A DNA stretch of 64,000 nt from Carpediemonas membranifera BICM (lineage: Eukaryota > Protista > Fornicata), in NCBI GenBank assembly GCA_019828565.1, contig JAHDYR010000064.1, positions 186,001 to 250,000 on the forward strand. The letters run 5' to 3'. The first letter of the stretch is position 1; each line of letters begins with the position of its first letter. Position numbers and translations under genes: made by a program. Of the stretch, positions 12,401-24,300 are shown one piece after another. The notes beneath the pieces are model-generated. The model had not been told where the DNA came from and did not search any database. It saw only the letters and a program-made list of their open reading frames with translations.

Positions 12401-13195
12401 GTACGCAAAGAAGATGATACTGGCGCTATAGTCGTGGTCAGCGTGAGTGAATGAGTCGATATGAACGTCAAACTGGATAACGGCAGACGTGTTCGTTCTG
12501 AAAGACTTCAAGTCTTGAAAGTTTGCGGGCGGGCCAGGGAACGAAAAGTCGGCCTTGTTGGTGGAATTCCCAGCAATATACAACGCAGCGCGAGCCTGTG
12601 TGCTTGGAATGACGTCAAGAACTTGATCAAGCCCGGCCGTCGCCAGAGCGACGTAGTTGCAATACACAGGCTCCCCTTCAACCGTATTCTCAGACGAGAT
12701 GACGATCGCTCTATTCAGTAGCGTCGCATCAGAGGAAAGTACGGTCTGTCGGTTGCACTCGCCCGTCGAGTTGATGGCGCTGTAATACCGAATGGTAAAC
12801 CCGCTCATTGCAGAAACCCGCGATGTCTTGTAGTACACGTGGACTGGGAGGTGTGCCGTGTCGTATACAGCGAGTCTGGCAGCGTAGCTGGAGGCATCGA
12901 TGCAATTGGATGCGTTGGCGATGGTCGTTCCCTCGAGAGATCCGCAAACAGAGAAGACATCGTCGCTGTCGGAAATGTAGTCCTCCACGAGCACAGAAAC
13001 ACTAATAAGCGTATCAGTGACGTTGAGCAGTGATGTATCGGGACCTATCGTCCAGTTCATCTCAACAGGCTCCAAGGAGATGGATTCGGATGGGAAAACG
13101 ATGGAACCCGACAATATGTCGGTTATAGCTATAGATGATGCACAAAGAACTGCCGTTAGAAGCGCCAGAACCAAAACGGCGAATCGTCCCTTCAT
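9482..13195 (-). CDS. Large signal-peptide membrane protein with a Cys-rich juxtamembrane segment and several TM helices
   Basis: MKGRFAVLVLALLTAVLCA signal peptide, CKPCSFG...CVDCLDSEYCP, at least three hydrophobic segments; an upstream in-frame ATG at 13291 is possible. Confidence 0.7.
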   Translation of the reverse strand: MKGRFAVLVLALLTAVLCASSIAITDILSGSIVFPSESISLEPVEMNWTIGPDTSLLNVTDTLISVSVLVEDYISDSDDVFSVCGSLEGTTIANASNCIDASSYAARLAVYDTAHLPVHVYYKTSRVSAMSGFTIRYYSAINSTGECNRQTVLSSDATLLNRAIVISSENTVEGEPVYCNYVALATAGLDQVLDVIPSTQARAALYIAGNSTNKADFSFPGPPANFQDLKSFRTNTSAVIQFDVHIDSFTHADHDYSASIIFFAYMQFIFDDFEVTPRIFSFVDCNTTANVDAVCAITLNHPSGLVAGSAITYSNTTHFSSSSLNRVDLQTLHNSVRSVGPYVAARYYNGDASGVAILPVVSDGAAGWILGNWTDGFSIIDPTIGVSGAVFGVSRPCYDSTNPDLATSGYLPPHLVVSNANVPAVYTLDWSSDAVLREVYFSHSLNGNVVAIDIVESVAVISVCMVETYGLTYAAYIVSIEPDGAVVLGSFTMDDASEMTYVSTCDTNPVSVIIDSGGTDRVDVELGVPSRNLVKHVSCTATFEDGYVTALTQLGHAYQITGPAGFGTDLTLRQASDGSLESIVMAYGQMYFFDVTEGPDSTKVDAADFASYVRPNHVQTEFSSTESSSDGYIPSYTTLSSFTDPQFEVDGPRLVLIPTAVSPLGYPSYFSYPRYSECDLSFEESDSFFGSCKPCSFGQIRQYSSSDSTDSVCVDCLDSEYCPPLSLMHLDYKTLTDMRTSTQVNLTARDAQEFTDWVLDNTTSFTVGLTIVLFTVLILYALLACTVFIVKVCSSLIPVYATSSKLNPLVWPHLVYKDAILPVSRQIDFHPRLFVSYEARRSGKDGVYVSSRGTFIGGLCTPFVWIIWLYIAWYAVQFYLSYTEEPAVSSSGIKHDANAIVRATSVIWSQASNVEQNLYDAAIAQGVTMRVTLVGYDHLDCSGQCLESFESVGCYANGIVCSETVYTCDRLADAYDKSGNCTVTFQFKNVNVESDAAISLGFGNAYAMAIHSSVEHSKVNSGFMPDGNDADADAIVATYCTDEATANMCEPMRSTDIVFIDQATGGDTVIAGLVSRQLSVTPTLIRVQEEQSLRPSSLLRTKDRYRWSYVDVYQFGTVIGFERTTTADYIYGAGHPLVVTIDMTTNETNYLSRIRVASLSNTLLTFVLAIITLNRIATAVNSFRISVMYTFTPAVVKFCRKAYHVLMREEAEKKDVRVIDSRMNPLYPSAESDVTSL

Positions 13196-13437
13196 TTCGA
13201 AAGTTGAACAGTCGGATCCAGATCTGGGCGTTCTTGGAGAAGCATCTGACTGAACTTCAGCCATAGCAGACCACCCGTCTTCCTTTTTCATCCTCTCTGG
13301 CCTTGTCTGCCAGTGTTAGCCCTCTAGGGCCTCGCGCCTACCCTATAGCAAGCGACACTCAACCCAAGCACTGAAACTGGTAGCGTTTATCTCTAATATT
13401 CTGAATCCAAATGTAAATCAAAGCAACTGACGTAAAT

Positions 13438-15137
13438 CTAAGCATCCTCGCGTTTGACGAGGGACACGCCCGGGCGGGCCATCGGCGGCAGCACAGGCAT
13501 CGTCCTAGGGGGCGTCAGCAGTGCTGGCAACTTGGCCGCGCCCATGGGCGACAGGCGGGCAGGTGTGAGGACGGGCTTGCTGCCCAAAGTGGTCTGGGAC
13601 GGGTGTCTCGTGTGGGTCGACTCCTCGCCCTCCTCATCGGTGGACGCGTCACCCTGCACCTCAATCGTGGCGACCGCAGCCGAAGGGGTGACTACCCGGC
13701 TCACAGCAGCAGAGGCCAGGGTAGACCCGAGGATCTGGGCCTCATCCCTTGCCTTGTTGCGGACCTCCGCGGTGATAGAATAAGCAGCAGTCATCGCAAG
13801 CGCGCTGCACACAAAGATGGTCACTAGGAAGAGCACGACGGCCAGGACGCACAGGGCGAGCAGGCCAAACCAGCCGCCCGTCATGGCCAGCACGAGGAAC
13901 ACGGTGCTGTCCGACGACGCGCCGTCGCCCGCGCCAGTGCCGTCGTGGAAGACGAAGATCTTGCCCGAGCTGGACGACAGGATTGAAGCGCCCATAGCAC
14001 CAACGACTAGGGCGTCAGACTCAGAGCAATAGGCGATGCTCGACCCAAACTGGGGCTGTGTGCCGATGATCGCTTCATCTGGAGGCAAGAGGATCTTTTC
14101 TATCGCCCAGTCGCCTTCAGTCAGCGTGTAGATGAGGACGGCGCCATCTGAGTTACCTCCATTGTTGTAGAGGTTGGCTGTAACAGCAAGAGTGGCATCA
14201 TCTACCCAGGCCAACCTGGCGCCGAACATTGAATAAGTCAAATCCCGGTTCGACTCGGGCAGGGTGATATTGGCCTTGGCCCAGGCCCCTTCGCCGTGTG
14301 AATAGACCGTAACGAAGGGCACTTCATTCTCATGGACAAACCATGCTCCAATAGCAATAGAGGTGCCGTCAGGGGAGAAATTGGGTCGTCCGTTGATGCC
14401 GTGGCACCCAAATGTGTCGTTCAGTGTCTGCCCGACCGTGTATTGGCCAGTGGCGGGGTCGAGGTCGAGTAGCTGGAGTGAAAGCTCGGCGCATGTGTCA
14501 TTGGTGTCGTACTCTAAGAGGGTAAAGGCAGCCTGGGTCTCAGAGATGGTCACACCCGTTCCAAGGTAGTAGCGATCGCCAAAGTCGAAACGTTGGGTGA
14601 AGGTCCAGATATTGTTGGACTCACGGAAGATACCGACGGTGCCGTTGCTGAAAGTAACCATCGCCGTGTCGCCCCGAATGTCATAGCCAGTCGTACGCAT
14701 GGAGACGTCCTGCAGGTCTGCGGGCATGGCGACTGCAGCAAGGGACCATGTCCCATCGACTTTCTCTGCAAAGTAGACGATGTTGGACGTAGAATTCGAG
14801 TCTACAACTAGAATCGTGCCCTCGGACATGGCTATATGTAGCCCAAAGAAGGAGTCTCCTCGGGTTGGGTTGGGGAGCTTGATTTCGGACGAAAGGTCAA
14901 GTGGGTCTTCATATATGAAGCTGCGTGAGCAACGAGCGGTAGAAAGGGGACAAACATTGTATCACAGCCCTCACTGGCTGAACCTGCTCCAACAGCAAGC
15001 GTCTCACCGTCAGTTGCGATGGATTGTCCGTAATAATCCGTGGATGTCGAAGCAAAGTGAACATCATAAGAAGAGAATGAAAGACAGTAACATTGGAACA
15101 CTACCGCTACGAGAAGCACAAGCCGTAGTAGAATCAT
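13438..15137 (-). CDS. FG-GAP/beta-propeller-like surface protein with a C-terminal TM region; 35-nt intron at 14921-14955
   Basis: Signal peptide; repeats YGQSIA.DGETLAVGA, FGARLAW, FGSSIA...LVVGA, GAVLIY, GKIFVF; intron GTTTGT...CTCACGCAG joins the two ORFs in frame. Confidence 0.75.
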
Positions 15138-15488
15138 TGTTTGTTTTGAACGATGCCTTGCAGCCGGGAACGTGATCCGACAATCTCAGAATGAGCATCT
15201 GGGGTTCCATGAAGATTCTGCAAGACTTGGGGCTAGGTCGAGTAAGAGGGCTGGGACAAGCCATCTGACCAGCTTTGTCCGAATCGCCGTTTGCTAATTT
15301 AGGATTCCGTCAGATTTCGGGTTTCAAATGTGCTCAATCTCACAGAATCTGAATCGCAAATTCAGTCGCGATTCGAGAAGAAGAAAAAAGTCGGAGAATC
15401 AACAGACCAACTCTGGCACTGTTCGGGGTCGGATCTTTACATATTAATAGTAATAAATTCTACCTCAACTTGCAATATTGTGATCGTT

Positions 15489-16598
15489 TCAAGAGATTCC
15501 GAGACCCAGCAAACCCATATCCTCGCCGATGTATGACGATCCCTGACCAAAGGCGACCCGGTTGGCCCGCTCGCGGACAGCGGTCATCTGGGTTCGTCTC
15601 CGGCGAGCATTGTACTTGCGGCCGGCGCGGTGTTTCTTCTTGTCCCCGGGCATCGCTATCTTCAGCTGGCGTTGAGTAATCCTTTGATTAGGTGCAAGGG
15701 AGTTCTCGAATGCCTTGAGAACCTGGTCGCGGGTCTTCTGCCCAAAATTGCCCTCTGGATCGGTACACGCGATGTCAACCGCCGCCACGAGCTTGAATTT
15801 GTTGGCAAGCTTGGTCAGAATCTTATTGCCCATCTTCTTTTCATCTAGACCGTTTTCCTCAACAATGTCTGCCGCAATGTCGGCGAGCACCCCACCTTGC
15901 GGCTTTCTTCGCTGCGATAGTCTATAAGCCTTCCCCACCATCTTGATCTGGCCAGTAGTACGTCGAGCAAATCCGTCGCCTGGGTTTACCCGCCCCGCTT
16001 CGTCGTCCTGCACGCAGGATGCAAGAACGCTTGCAACTCTTGGGTTTGCCAGGAAATTATAAATGTTGGGATAACGAGCCAATGTCTCACTTGCAAGCCA
16101 GTCGTCAAGTCGTATGACAGCATCCTCCAGGGCGTCTGCGAACCGTGCCATGTTGTCTATCAGCGGTGAAGGGGTGGGTGTCGAGGGTGCCCGGAGGACC
16201 ACGAGACGACTGAGCGCTGCCTGGGGCTCACTGAGAATTCCCTGGTCTATAAGTGTGTCTATGTCCCGGCCGTTGATGTAGCAGGCGCATAAATGGACGA
16301 ACTGGCGGGGGGTGAGCTCGGGGGGTGTAAGGCGATCGTACTCTGGGATCGCGGAGGATATTAGGCCAATGAGCCTTGCCTGCAGTGCAAAAAGACATTG
16401 CCTCAAACGCCTTTGTAGTGATAGTGATGAGGAAAGGCTTGATTTTGAAGATAAAGACTCTTCGACAAGTCTTTCGACAGCCGCAAGATCTAGCGTCTCA
16501 TGAAGCTGAAGCTCGTCTTCTTTCTGCATTTCAGTATCGGAATCGTCTTCAATACCGTCAAACAACGCGTCTACATCGATATCACTGAAGTCACTCAT
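15489..16598 (-). CDS. PRP31: Divergent Prp31 (Nop-domain U4/U6 snRNP protein)
   Basis: Nop domain KLANKFKLVAAVD...GNFGQKTRDQV and the Prp31 tail KKHRAGRKY...MTAVRERANRVAFG. Confidence 0.75.
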   Translation of the reverse strand: MSDFSDIDVDALFDGIEDDSDTEMQKEDELQLHETLDLAAVERLVEESLSSKSSLSSSLSLQRRLRQCLFALQARLIGLISSAIPEYDRLTPPELTPRQFVHLCACYINGRDIDTLIDQGILSEPQAALSRLVVLRAPSTPTPSPLIDNMARFADALEDAVIRLDDWLASETLARYPNIYNFLANPRVASVLASCVQDDEAGRVNPGDGFARRTTGQIKMVGKAYRLSQRRKPQGGVLADIAADIVEENGLDEKKMGNKILTKLANKFKLVAAVDIACTDPEGNFGQKTRDQVLKAFENSLAPNQRITQRQLKIAMPGDKKKHRAGRKYNARRRRTQMTAVRERANRVAFGQGSSYIGEDMGLLGLGIS

Positions 16599-16630
16599 TG
16601 GAGAAACGAGCAGGATAAGGCATCCAGCGT

Positions 16631-17353
16631 TGTGTTTATACTGCGCAGCACTGCCCTGTCTCCCTCCTACTCACGTCTTAAGTCGGTAGGGAGATCGTCT
16701 TCTCCAGGGCTTCCACAAAGCGTCTTCTTCGTGGACGTCAGCACAGCTGCAAACTTCACAATCGCTCACACGTCGTCTCATTGTCTTCTATTCCACATTA
16801 AATTCACTTCTACACTTGTATATGCTGGTAATGGTGTTCATCGTCGGCTCTTATATGTCATCTTCATCAATGACCAGCTGCACACCTGTAGTACATGACG
16901 CCGACTTCCACAAAGGACTGCTCACTCGTCTACGCGGCGGTCATCCGGGTCAGGCCTACGCGGCCATCGTGCAATTAACTGCCACGCCCCCTACAAGCGA
17001 GTTCGTCCGCGTGATGACCAGCACGTTCACCCACATCGTGTGATGCTCTGCGAAAATCCACAGTGCCGTGGTGCTCAGTGGCGCGCAACAGTTCCTGATG
17101 CTCTGAATGTTGATCATCGGGACAAGAGTGCTGCAGAGAACATCCTGTGGCGTTCTCTTGCCACGGAAGATGAGCTCAGTGGCTCTCCGTTCAGTCGCAC
17201 ATTGATCCCACGTCTTCAAACATCATTCCAGTATCATCAATTGGCTAACCGTCAACATTCGTCTACGGACGGATGATGTTGTGCAGTTTGGCACTTTGAT
17301 CGTTCCTTACAGGCCCTGTCTGGGATGTTCGAACAATGTGTTTATACTGCGCA
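16631..17353 (+). mobile_element. Internally deleted (non-autonomous) Fanzor element flanked by 17-bp direct repeats
   Basis: TGTGTTTATACTGCGCA at 16631-16647 and 17337-17353; remnant peptides LLTRLRGG and HVHPHRVMLCENPQC...HRDKSAAENILW are homologous to the element at 38.4-40.6 kb. Confidence 0.75.
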
Positions 17354-17871
17354 ACAAGCGTGACCCCTTAAAGAGTCATTCGCCTCGGCATGATCATTCT
17401 AACGGCATCTCACACTCTTGTGTTTACATTAGCAGACTCAGCCTTAAGCCAGGAGGGCCAGGGCGAGAAGGACGGCGAGAAGACCGGCCTTGACCCACAT
17501 GCCGGAGTCATGAGGATCGTTCGCCTTGGTGAAGATGAACTCGTTGACGAAATCCTGGACACCGTCTTCAGTGGGCTTGCTCTCATGGGTCTTCATGAGG
17601 ACGTCAGCATACACCCTCATGGTCAAATCGAAGCAACCGGGATCCTCCATCATGCAGGAATAGGCGGGGTCGGACAGATCATACTCGACGGTTCCGGACT
17701 CGCCTTCGATGGGGGTCTGGTCGAGGTTGAGGGTCTGCCACTTCTGGCCCATAGAGCTGAAGTCATTTGACATCCACATGGTGTTGAGAACAAGGCGGTC
17801 GTTACGGACGTCCTTCCCGATCCGAGCCATTGACATGTACGTGCCCGTCTGGTTGGCCCAGCCGTCGACAG

Positions 17872-17952
17872 TGTAGCTCTTCTAGGATCCTCAATGAACG
17901 AATGAACTGCTTTAACCTGCGGGGCAGACCCAACTATAAATATCACATTACA
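17872..17952 (-). repeat. 3' LTR of element A (81 bp)
   Basis: Identical to 26880-26960; preceded by ACAG (17868-17871). Confidence 0.95.
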
Positions 17953-20900
17953 CCGCCTTCCCGTGGCTGACCCGCAGTCAAGTAGGCATCTAGCGCCTCC
18001 AGCCGAGCCACCACGTAGTAGGGCTCCCACGAGCTGGACCCGTCTGCCCACTCGACCCAGTACTCACGGCCCTGGACCTCGGAGTCCCGATGGTCCGTAA
18101 TCCGGAGCACCATCAGCTCTGCAGCATCTCTCCCATTCAACTCCACTAACTGCTGTTCCGACAGTCGATCTGCTCGGAATGACTTCAGGCGGTCATTGTG
18201 AACGTCAATCTGCAAACTTGTGTCCTCCAGGCTCTGCAACTTGCATCCATGCTCCATTACCCCCAGAACCTTGTACGGTCCCTTCCATGTCGGCAATAGC
18301 TTCGCTGTTCGCACTCCTGGTAGTACCATGACTAATTGTCCCACTGTCCAGGACGGCACTGTCCAACCCTGCATGCGCCGCTCACGTTGGGCCAACAAAC
18401 GCTGCTGTACCTCATTGGCTTGCTTCCGAACGTCCCGTATGAATAGTTGCTGCTCCTGATCCGCCTCCTCTACGTCCAGTTGGATCTTCGCCTCCACCGC
18501 CCTTGGCATAGTGCCATGCGGCTCTGGGCCGAACATGCCTTGCATAATAGCTGCGGCTGTCGTCCCTGTGGCGCTACAGAACTCAGTATTCAGCTGTCGC
18601 TGGACTATGGGGATATACTTGTGCCACTGCTCAGGCTCGCCCCAATCCAACACCATACCCCGCAACCGTGATAATACCCTGCGATTCGCCCGCTCACACC
18701 CTCCGTTCCCAGGGGGATGGTACGGGAATGTCGTCGTCTGGCCAGAGCCGAAACGTTGCAGGATCTCCTTGATAGTCTCGTTGAGGAACTCCGTCCCTTG
18801 ATCGGAATGCAGAGTCTTCATGGGTCCGTGACGCGCAATCCACCATGTTACAGCCTCTGCTGCTGACTCCGCTGTCTTGTCCTTGGTCGGGAAGATCTCC
18901 AGCCACCGGGAGAATAGGTCCACCATTACGAACACGTACTTGTGACCCTCCTCGCTCTCCGGCGTCACCTTCATAGTATCGATTGCTACCTTCTGCATCG
19001 GGCCGTCAACCATCTCTGTGCCCATCTTCAACTTCACAGTATCGACCGAGGCAAGCTTCTGACAGGTACAGGTCGAGACAAACATCTGCACCTGGTCCCA
19101 CATTCCCTTCCAGTGGTACCCCCTTGTGCTTAAGCGTGTGGTACGTCGACAGACGCCCCAGGTGTTCGCCCTCGCCCTGGTGTGCCCATGTGATCAGTTG
19201 CACCTTGTCATCCTCCGTCAGCTCGCCCCGCGATGCCCGTAGGCTCATCTCTCGGCGCCGCTCGGCGTCGGCCTGTGCCTCGCGAGAGTGATCCTCTCTG
19301 GGTTCCTCGACTTCGACTTCTTCCTCCGCGCTATCCTGCACTGGTGAGTCTTCGTCGTCGCTCGCTATCTGGTAAAACTCATCGTCCATCAGTCGCTGCG
19401 GTGGTCTACGGGTCCTAGCGGGCCTATCGCTCCTTACTTGCTGTACAAATGCCCGTGACAGCGCATCCGCCACTACATTCTTCTCTCCAGCAACGTGAAC
19501 CACGTTGAAACTGAATTCCTGCAGCAGTAGCTTCCAGCGTTGCACCTTCTGACTCGCGGCCTTCCGCTCCATATATAGCAAGTTCCGATGGTCCGTCTCT
19601 AGGCGGAAAGGATAGCCCTGTAGGTACATTCTCCAGCGCCGCACGCACTCAACGATAGCACAGCACTCTTTCTCACCCACAGTCCATCGTGTCTCTGCCC
19701 CTCTGAACGCCCGGCTATAGACAGCGACTGGTTCCTCGCCCTTGTCCGTCTCCATGCATAGAATCCCTCCCAGACCGATGTCCGACGCGTCTGTTCTGAC
19801 TATCAACGGCTTCTTATAGTCGATGTGTGTCAAGCTTCAGGTGGTCCGCGATCGCTCTCTTCACATCGCTGAACGCGGCTTGCCTCTCGTCTGTCCAGGC
19901 CGTCTGTCGGTCCTTGAGTGCGTCATTCAGTGGGGCCAAATGCATCGCTAGGTCGGGGGTGAACCCCCTGAACCAGTTCGCCAAGCCAATAAACCTCCGC
20001 AGCTGCTTCTGGGTGGTCGGCCGCTCGAACTCTTGCACTGCCCGAACCTTGTCGTCACTGATCCTGACACCGTCCTGGTCGACAATGTGTCCGAGGAACT
20101 CCACGCTCGACTGGGCAAACCTGCACTTCTCCAGGTTCGCGCGCAGCCCGTGCTTCTTGAGTCGGTCAAGCACAGTCCTGATTCGATCTCTCATCTCTTC
20201 CCGTGAGTTCGCCATTATCAGGATGTCGTCAATATATACCAACACACCGGGAATTCCCTTGAGTACGTCGTCCATCGCCGTCTGAAAGAACGCAGGAGCA
20301 TTCTTCAACCCGAACGGCAGTCTCTCGAACTCGAACAGGCCGAACGGCGTGATGAACGCCGTCTTCGCGCGGTCTTGCTCCCCGAACTGCGAACTGATTA
20401 TATCCCGATGTGAGGTCCAGTGTCGAGAACAGCTTTGCCCCCGCCAATTGGGCTAGTAGTCTCTTCACGTCCTTCACGGGCGCGGCCAGGGTCTTCGTTG
20501 TCGCATTCAGCCGGCGGTAGTCGACGCATAGTCGCCACGTGCCATTCTTCTTCTTAACCAATACGATAGGTGACGCGTAGCCGGACGTCGACCTCCGCAC
20601 TATACCCTGCCTGAGCCACTCTTCCACCTGCTTCTGCGCCACCTCTTCCATCACGGGAGATAGCTGTCTCGCGGGTTCTCGAATCTCTTGCTCCGTCATT
20701 AGGTCGATCGGGTAAGGCGGCGCCTTTGCCGGCTCTGGCCCTAGCGGCCCGAACACCTCGCCGAACTCAGTCAGCATTGAGCTAAGCTGAGGGTCCTTCT
20801 CGGCCAGACTGTGCCGGAGTTCCGCATGTGCCTGCTGCACCCGGAACATCTCCTCCACTAGCTCGGCCTCTACTTCGCCCTCGTCCGCGTCGTCCGTGTC

Positions 20901-21333
20901 CTCTGCCAACAGGCCCAAGTCCTTGACCGTTTGGAACGGAATCAGCGTGTCTGTCACTCCGGCACACCCATACACGGTCACCCGTGCCTGCACATACGTG
21001 CCGAGCCCTCGGGCCTTCGATCGCCCGATCCATACCTCGCACGCATTGTCTGGTCTTCGTCCGTCTCCTGTGAAAGTCTGGATCACCAGGTCGTCCGGAG
21101 GGGTGACCTCTCGTGCCCCTGCGTGCACCCGTGCGGCGACCCAGGCTGGGCTCGCCACAGCAACGTTCGCCCGCGTGTCGGGGCCGACGCGCATCCGCAC
21201 CGCCGGCTTCTTCGGATTCACGCGAACATCCATAACCAACTCCCACGTGTGTGCGTACTTCTCAGCCTTTACAGACTGCACCTTCCACCGCGGGTGACCT
21301 TCGGGGATAGGGCCCCGGGTCAGTCGGCCGTAC

Positions 21334-21394
21334 TGTGCCGGGGCGAAGAGATTGGAACATTTACATAAACTGCGGACGTGGATGCCTTATGACA
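21334..21394 (-). repeat. 3' LTR of element B (61 bp)
   Basis: Identical to 25857-25917. Confidence 0.95.
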
Positions 21395-24300
21395 TCCTAC
21401 CCCCCTTAAGCTTGAGCTTGTGGGACTTGAGGTAGTCACGTGCCGCAGTGACGTGGCGGAGCCCGTCAGCGGGTTCCCATGTGGGATCGTAGTCGCCCTC
21501 CCAGCAGACGAGGAGCTGCAGTGTGCCGTTGCGGCGACGGTGCTTCTCGATGCCTTGCACGACGTACGTCTGCTCGTCGGAGGCGGCGAGGTTCTTCAGG
21601 CGGCTGAGCCCCGACTTGGTGTTGAAAGGAAGGACCTGGTCTACGTGAGCCATGAAGGGGGCGCTCTCGAAAAAGGTCGACCAGCTGAAGGGTGTTGTTG
21701 TCCTTGATGGCGAGAATCTTGAACGGGCCGGCGAAGCCATGCAGCTTTGGGGTCTTCGTCCGGTTGAGCAGGACGAGGTCGCCTTCCCTTGAAGCTAGTC
21801 GGCTGGCGGTCGGCGTTGGCCTTGGCGAGGCGCTTGTCTACAGTCTCGCGCTGCTTCTCGGCCGCCCTAGAGGTCAACTTGGAGAGGTGGGCTCGAAGTA
21901 AAGTGATGTAGGCTGAGGCTGAGGCAAGGGGCGAGTCATTGTCGCTCGGTCGGAGGATTCTAGCGACTGTGGAGCTGGGGTCGAGTTGGTCTCCATACAG
22001 CATGGCGTGGGGTGTGACCCCAGTGGCGCTGCAGGTGGTTGTGTTCAGCAGCAGCTGAACTACCGGAAGGAGGTCGCTCCAACGGGAGAACTTGTCGAAT
22101 TGGAGGATCAAACAGCGAAGATGCTTCATGACCTCCGCGTTACGACGCTCTACCAGCCCATTCGACTGAGGGTGGTAGGGGAGGGTGAATTGCTGGGTGA
22201 TGTCCGCGCTTTCGAGCAGGGCCTTGACGACGTTGCCGGTGAACTCAGGCCCGTTGTCGGACTTGATGAACAGGGGAGTCCCATGACGGGTAATCACCTG
22301 GCGCCAGAGGGCCTCTGACGCTGCATCAGCTGTGTTCTCGTCCGTCGCGGCCAACTCAGTGTAGCGAGTAAACATATCGACCATAACTGTGATGTATCTG
22401 GAGCCGACTGCGTCTGCCGGGATTGGACCAATAGTATCCACTGCGACAGTGTGGAACGGTTTGTACACTGCTGTTGTGCGGAGCTCTGCCTCGGCGAAGT
22501 TGCGTAGGCGAGCTTTCTGGCACTCGTCACATGAGGCGATGAACTCCTCGACATCTGTTGTGCAGCCTGTCCAGGTATAGCCGTCTGCTCTCAGGCGTTC
22601 GATGGTAGCCTTGGCGCCGTGGTGTCCTCTGTGGGCGATCTGTATCAGCTCCTTTCGGAGGGGTCTGCACACGGTTGAAGTAGGGATGACGACGAGGCCG
22701 TCCTTGCGGCGAAGACCGTCGCTGTCTACGGTCAGCTTGGAGACGGTAGAGTCGTCTGTCTGGTGTTTGATGAGTGTGTCATGGTAGCGGGAGTCAGTCG
22801 TGATGGCTGCGACAGTGGGCGAGGTCGAGTGACCGCAGCGGCTCAGCGCGTCTGCGACTGCGTTCTGTAGGCCGGGAACGTGCTCGACATCGAACTTGTA
22901 GTCTGCTAATGTCAGTCTCCACCGGTTGATCTTGTCGTTCTCGGATGACTTGGCGATCATGTAAATAAGATTACGGTGGTCGGTCCGTAGGAGGAACCTC
23001 TTCAGGCGTAGGAGGGGTGACAGGGTCGGGTGTGTAAGGCAAAAGACAATGGCAAATAGCTCCTGCTCACACGTGGCCCAGCGCGACTGGGTTGACGTGA
23101 ATGTGTGAGAGAAGTAGGCGAGGACCTGTGTCTTGTCGTCCTTTGTCTGCCATAGTACGCCGCCTGCTCCGATGTTGCTAGCGTCTGTCTCGAGCGTCCA
23201 GTCGGCGTCGGCGTCCGGATGTGCGATAAAGAGATCGTCAGTGAACAGGGTCTTCAGGCCGTCGAAAGCGGCGTCGTGCTCCGCTGTCCATTCCCACAGA
23301 CGGTCCTTTTGCAGAAGATCGTTGAGAGGTCTCATGTACTCGTGTCGTGTATGGGGAACGAATGATGCGAGGTACTGGAACTGTCCGAGGACTACGCGAA
23401 GCTCGTGGACGTTGGTGGGTGCAGGTAGATCGCGTAGGGCTTGGGTCCTGGCTGGGTCGACGTGTACTCCGGCCTGGTCGACCGTAAAGCCGACAATCTT
23501 GGCGCTGGTGGTGCCGAAGACTCCCTTCTTGGCGCTGAACTGAACGCCTGCAGCGTCCGCGCGTGTGAGCAGGTCGCGGAGAATGCGTAGGAAGGAGTCA
23601 TCGTCACGGGCGTAGATGAATATGTCGTCGATGTAGGGGTTGGCGCCCTTGTACAACAGTGGGGCGAGCATGCCTTCGATCTCCCGCTGGAAGTGAGAAG
23701 GCGCGTTGCAAAGGCCGAACGGCATCCTGAGGAATTCCTCGTAGACGCCCGGGGCGGTGAAGGCCGTCTTAGGCACGTCGTCTGGGTGCATGGCCACCTG
23801 CCAGTAGCCCGACGTCAGGTCTAGCGTCGCAAAGCGTGTGCAGCCCGACGCGAGGTTGAGGAGTTCTCGCATGTTGGGGATCGGGTGCCGGTCGGGTACT
23901 GTCCAAGAGTTGAGGCGGCCGTAGTCGATACAGAGACGGTAGGCGTCGCCCTTTGCGACCAGGACGATGGGGCTTGCGTAAGGCCCCTCAGAGGGCTGTG
24001 TGATCTCGTCCTGGCGCAGGCGCTCGACGTATGGCAACAGCCACTCCAGCTTCTTCGGGTGTAGGTTGCGCGGGCGAAGACGGATCGGAGGGGCGTTGTC
24101 GTAAAGCGGGATGCGCATAGGGGCAAACGAGCACGGCTGTTTGCTTATGACGGGGTCGAATAGGTGATCGAACCGACGGAGGATCGAATGTAGCTCGTCG
24201 GTCTGGGCCTTGGTGGAGAGCTCGTGTATCTCACACGCGTCGGTGTGAAACTCGCTTGAGGAGACGGCCTCGACGGGGGCGTCGAGGTACTTGTGGAGTG

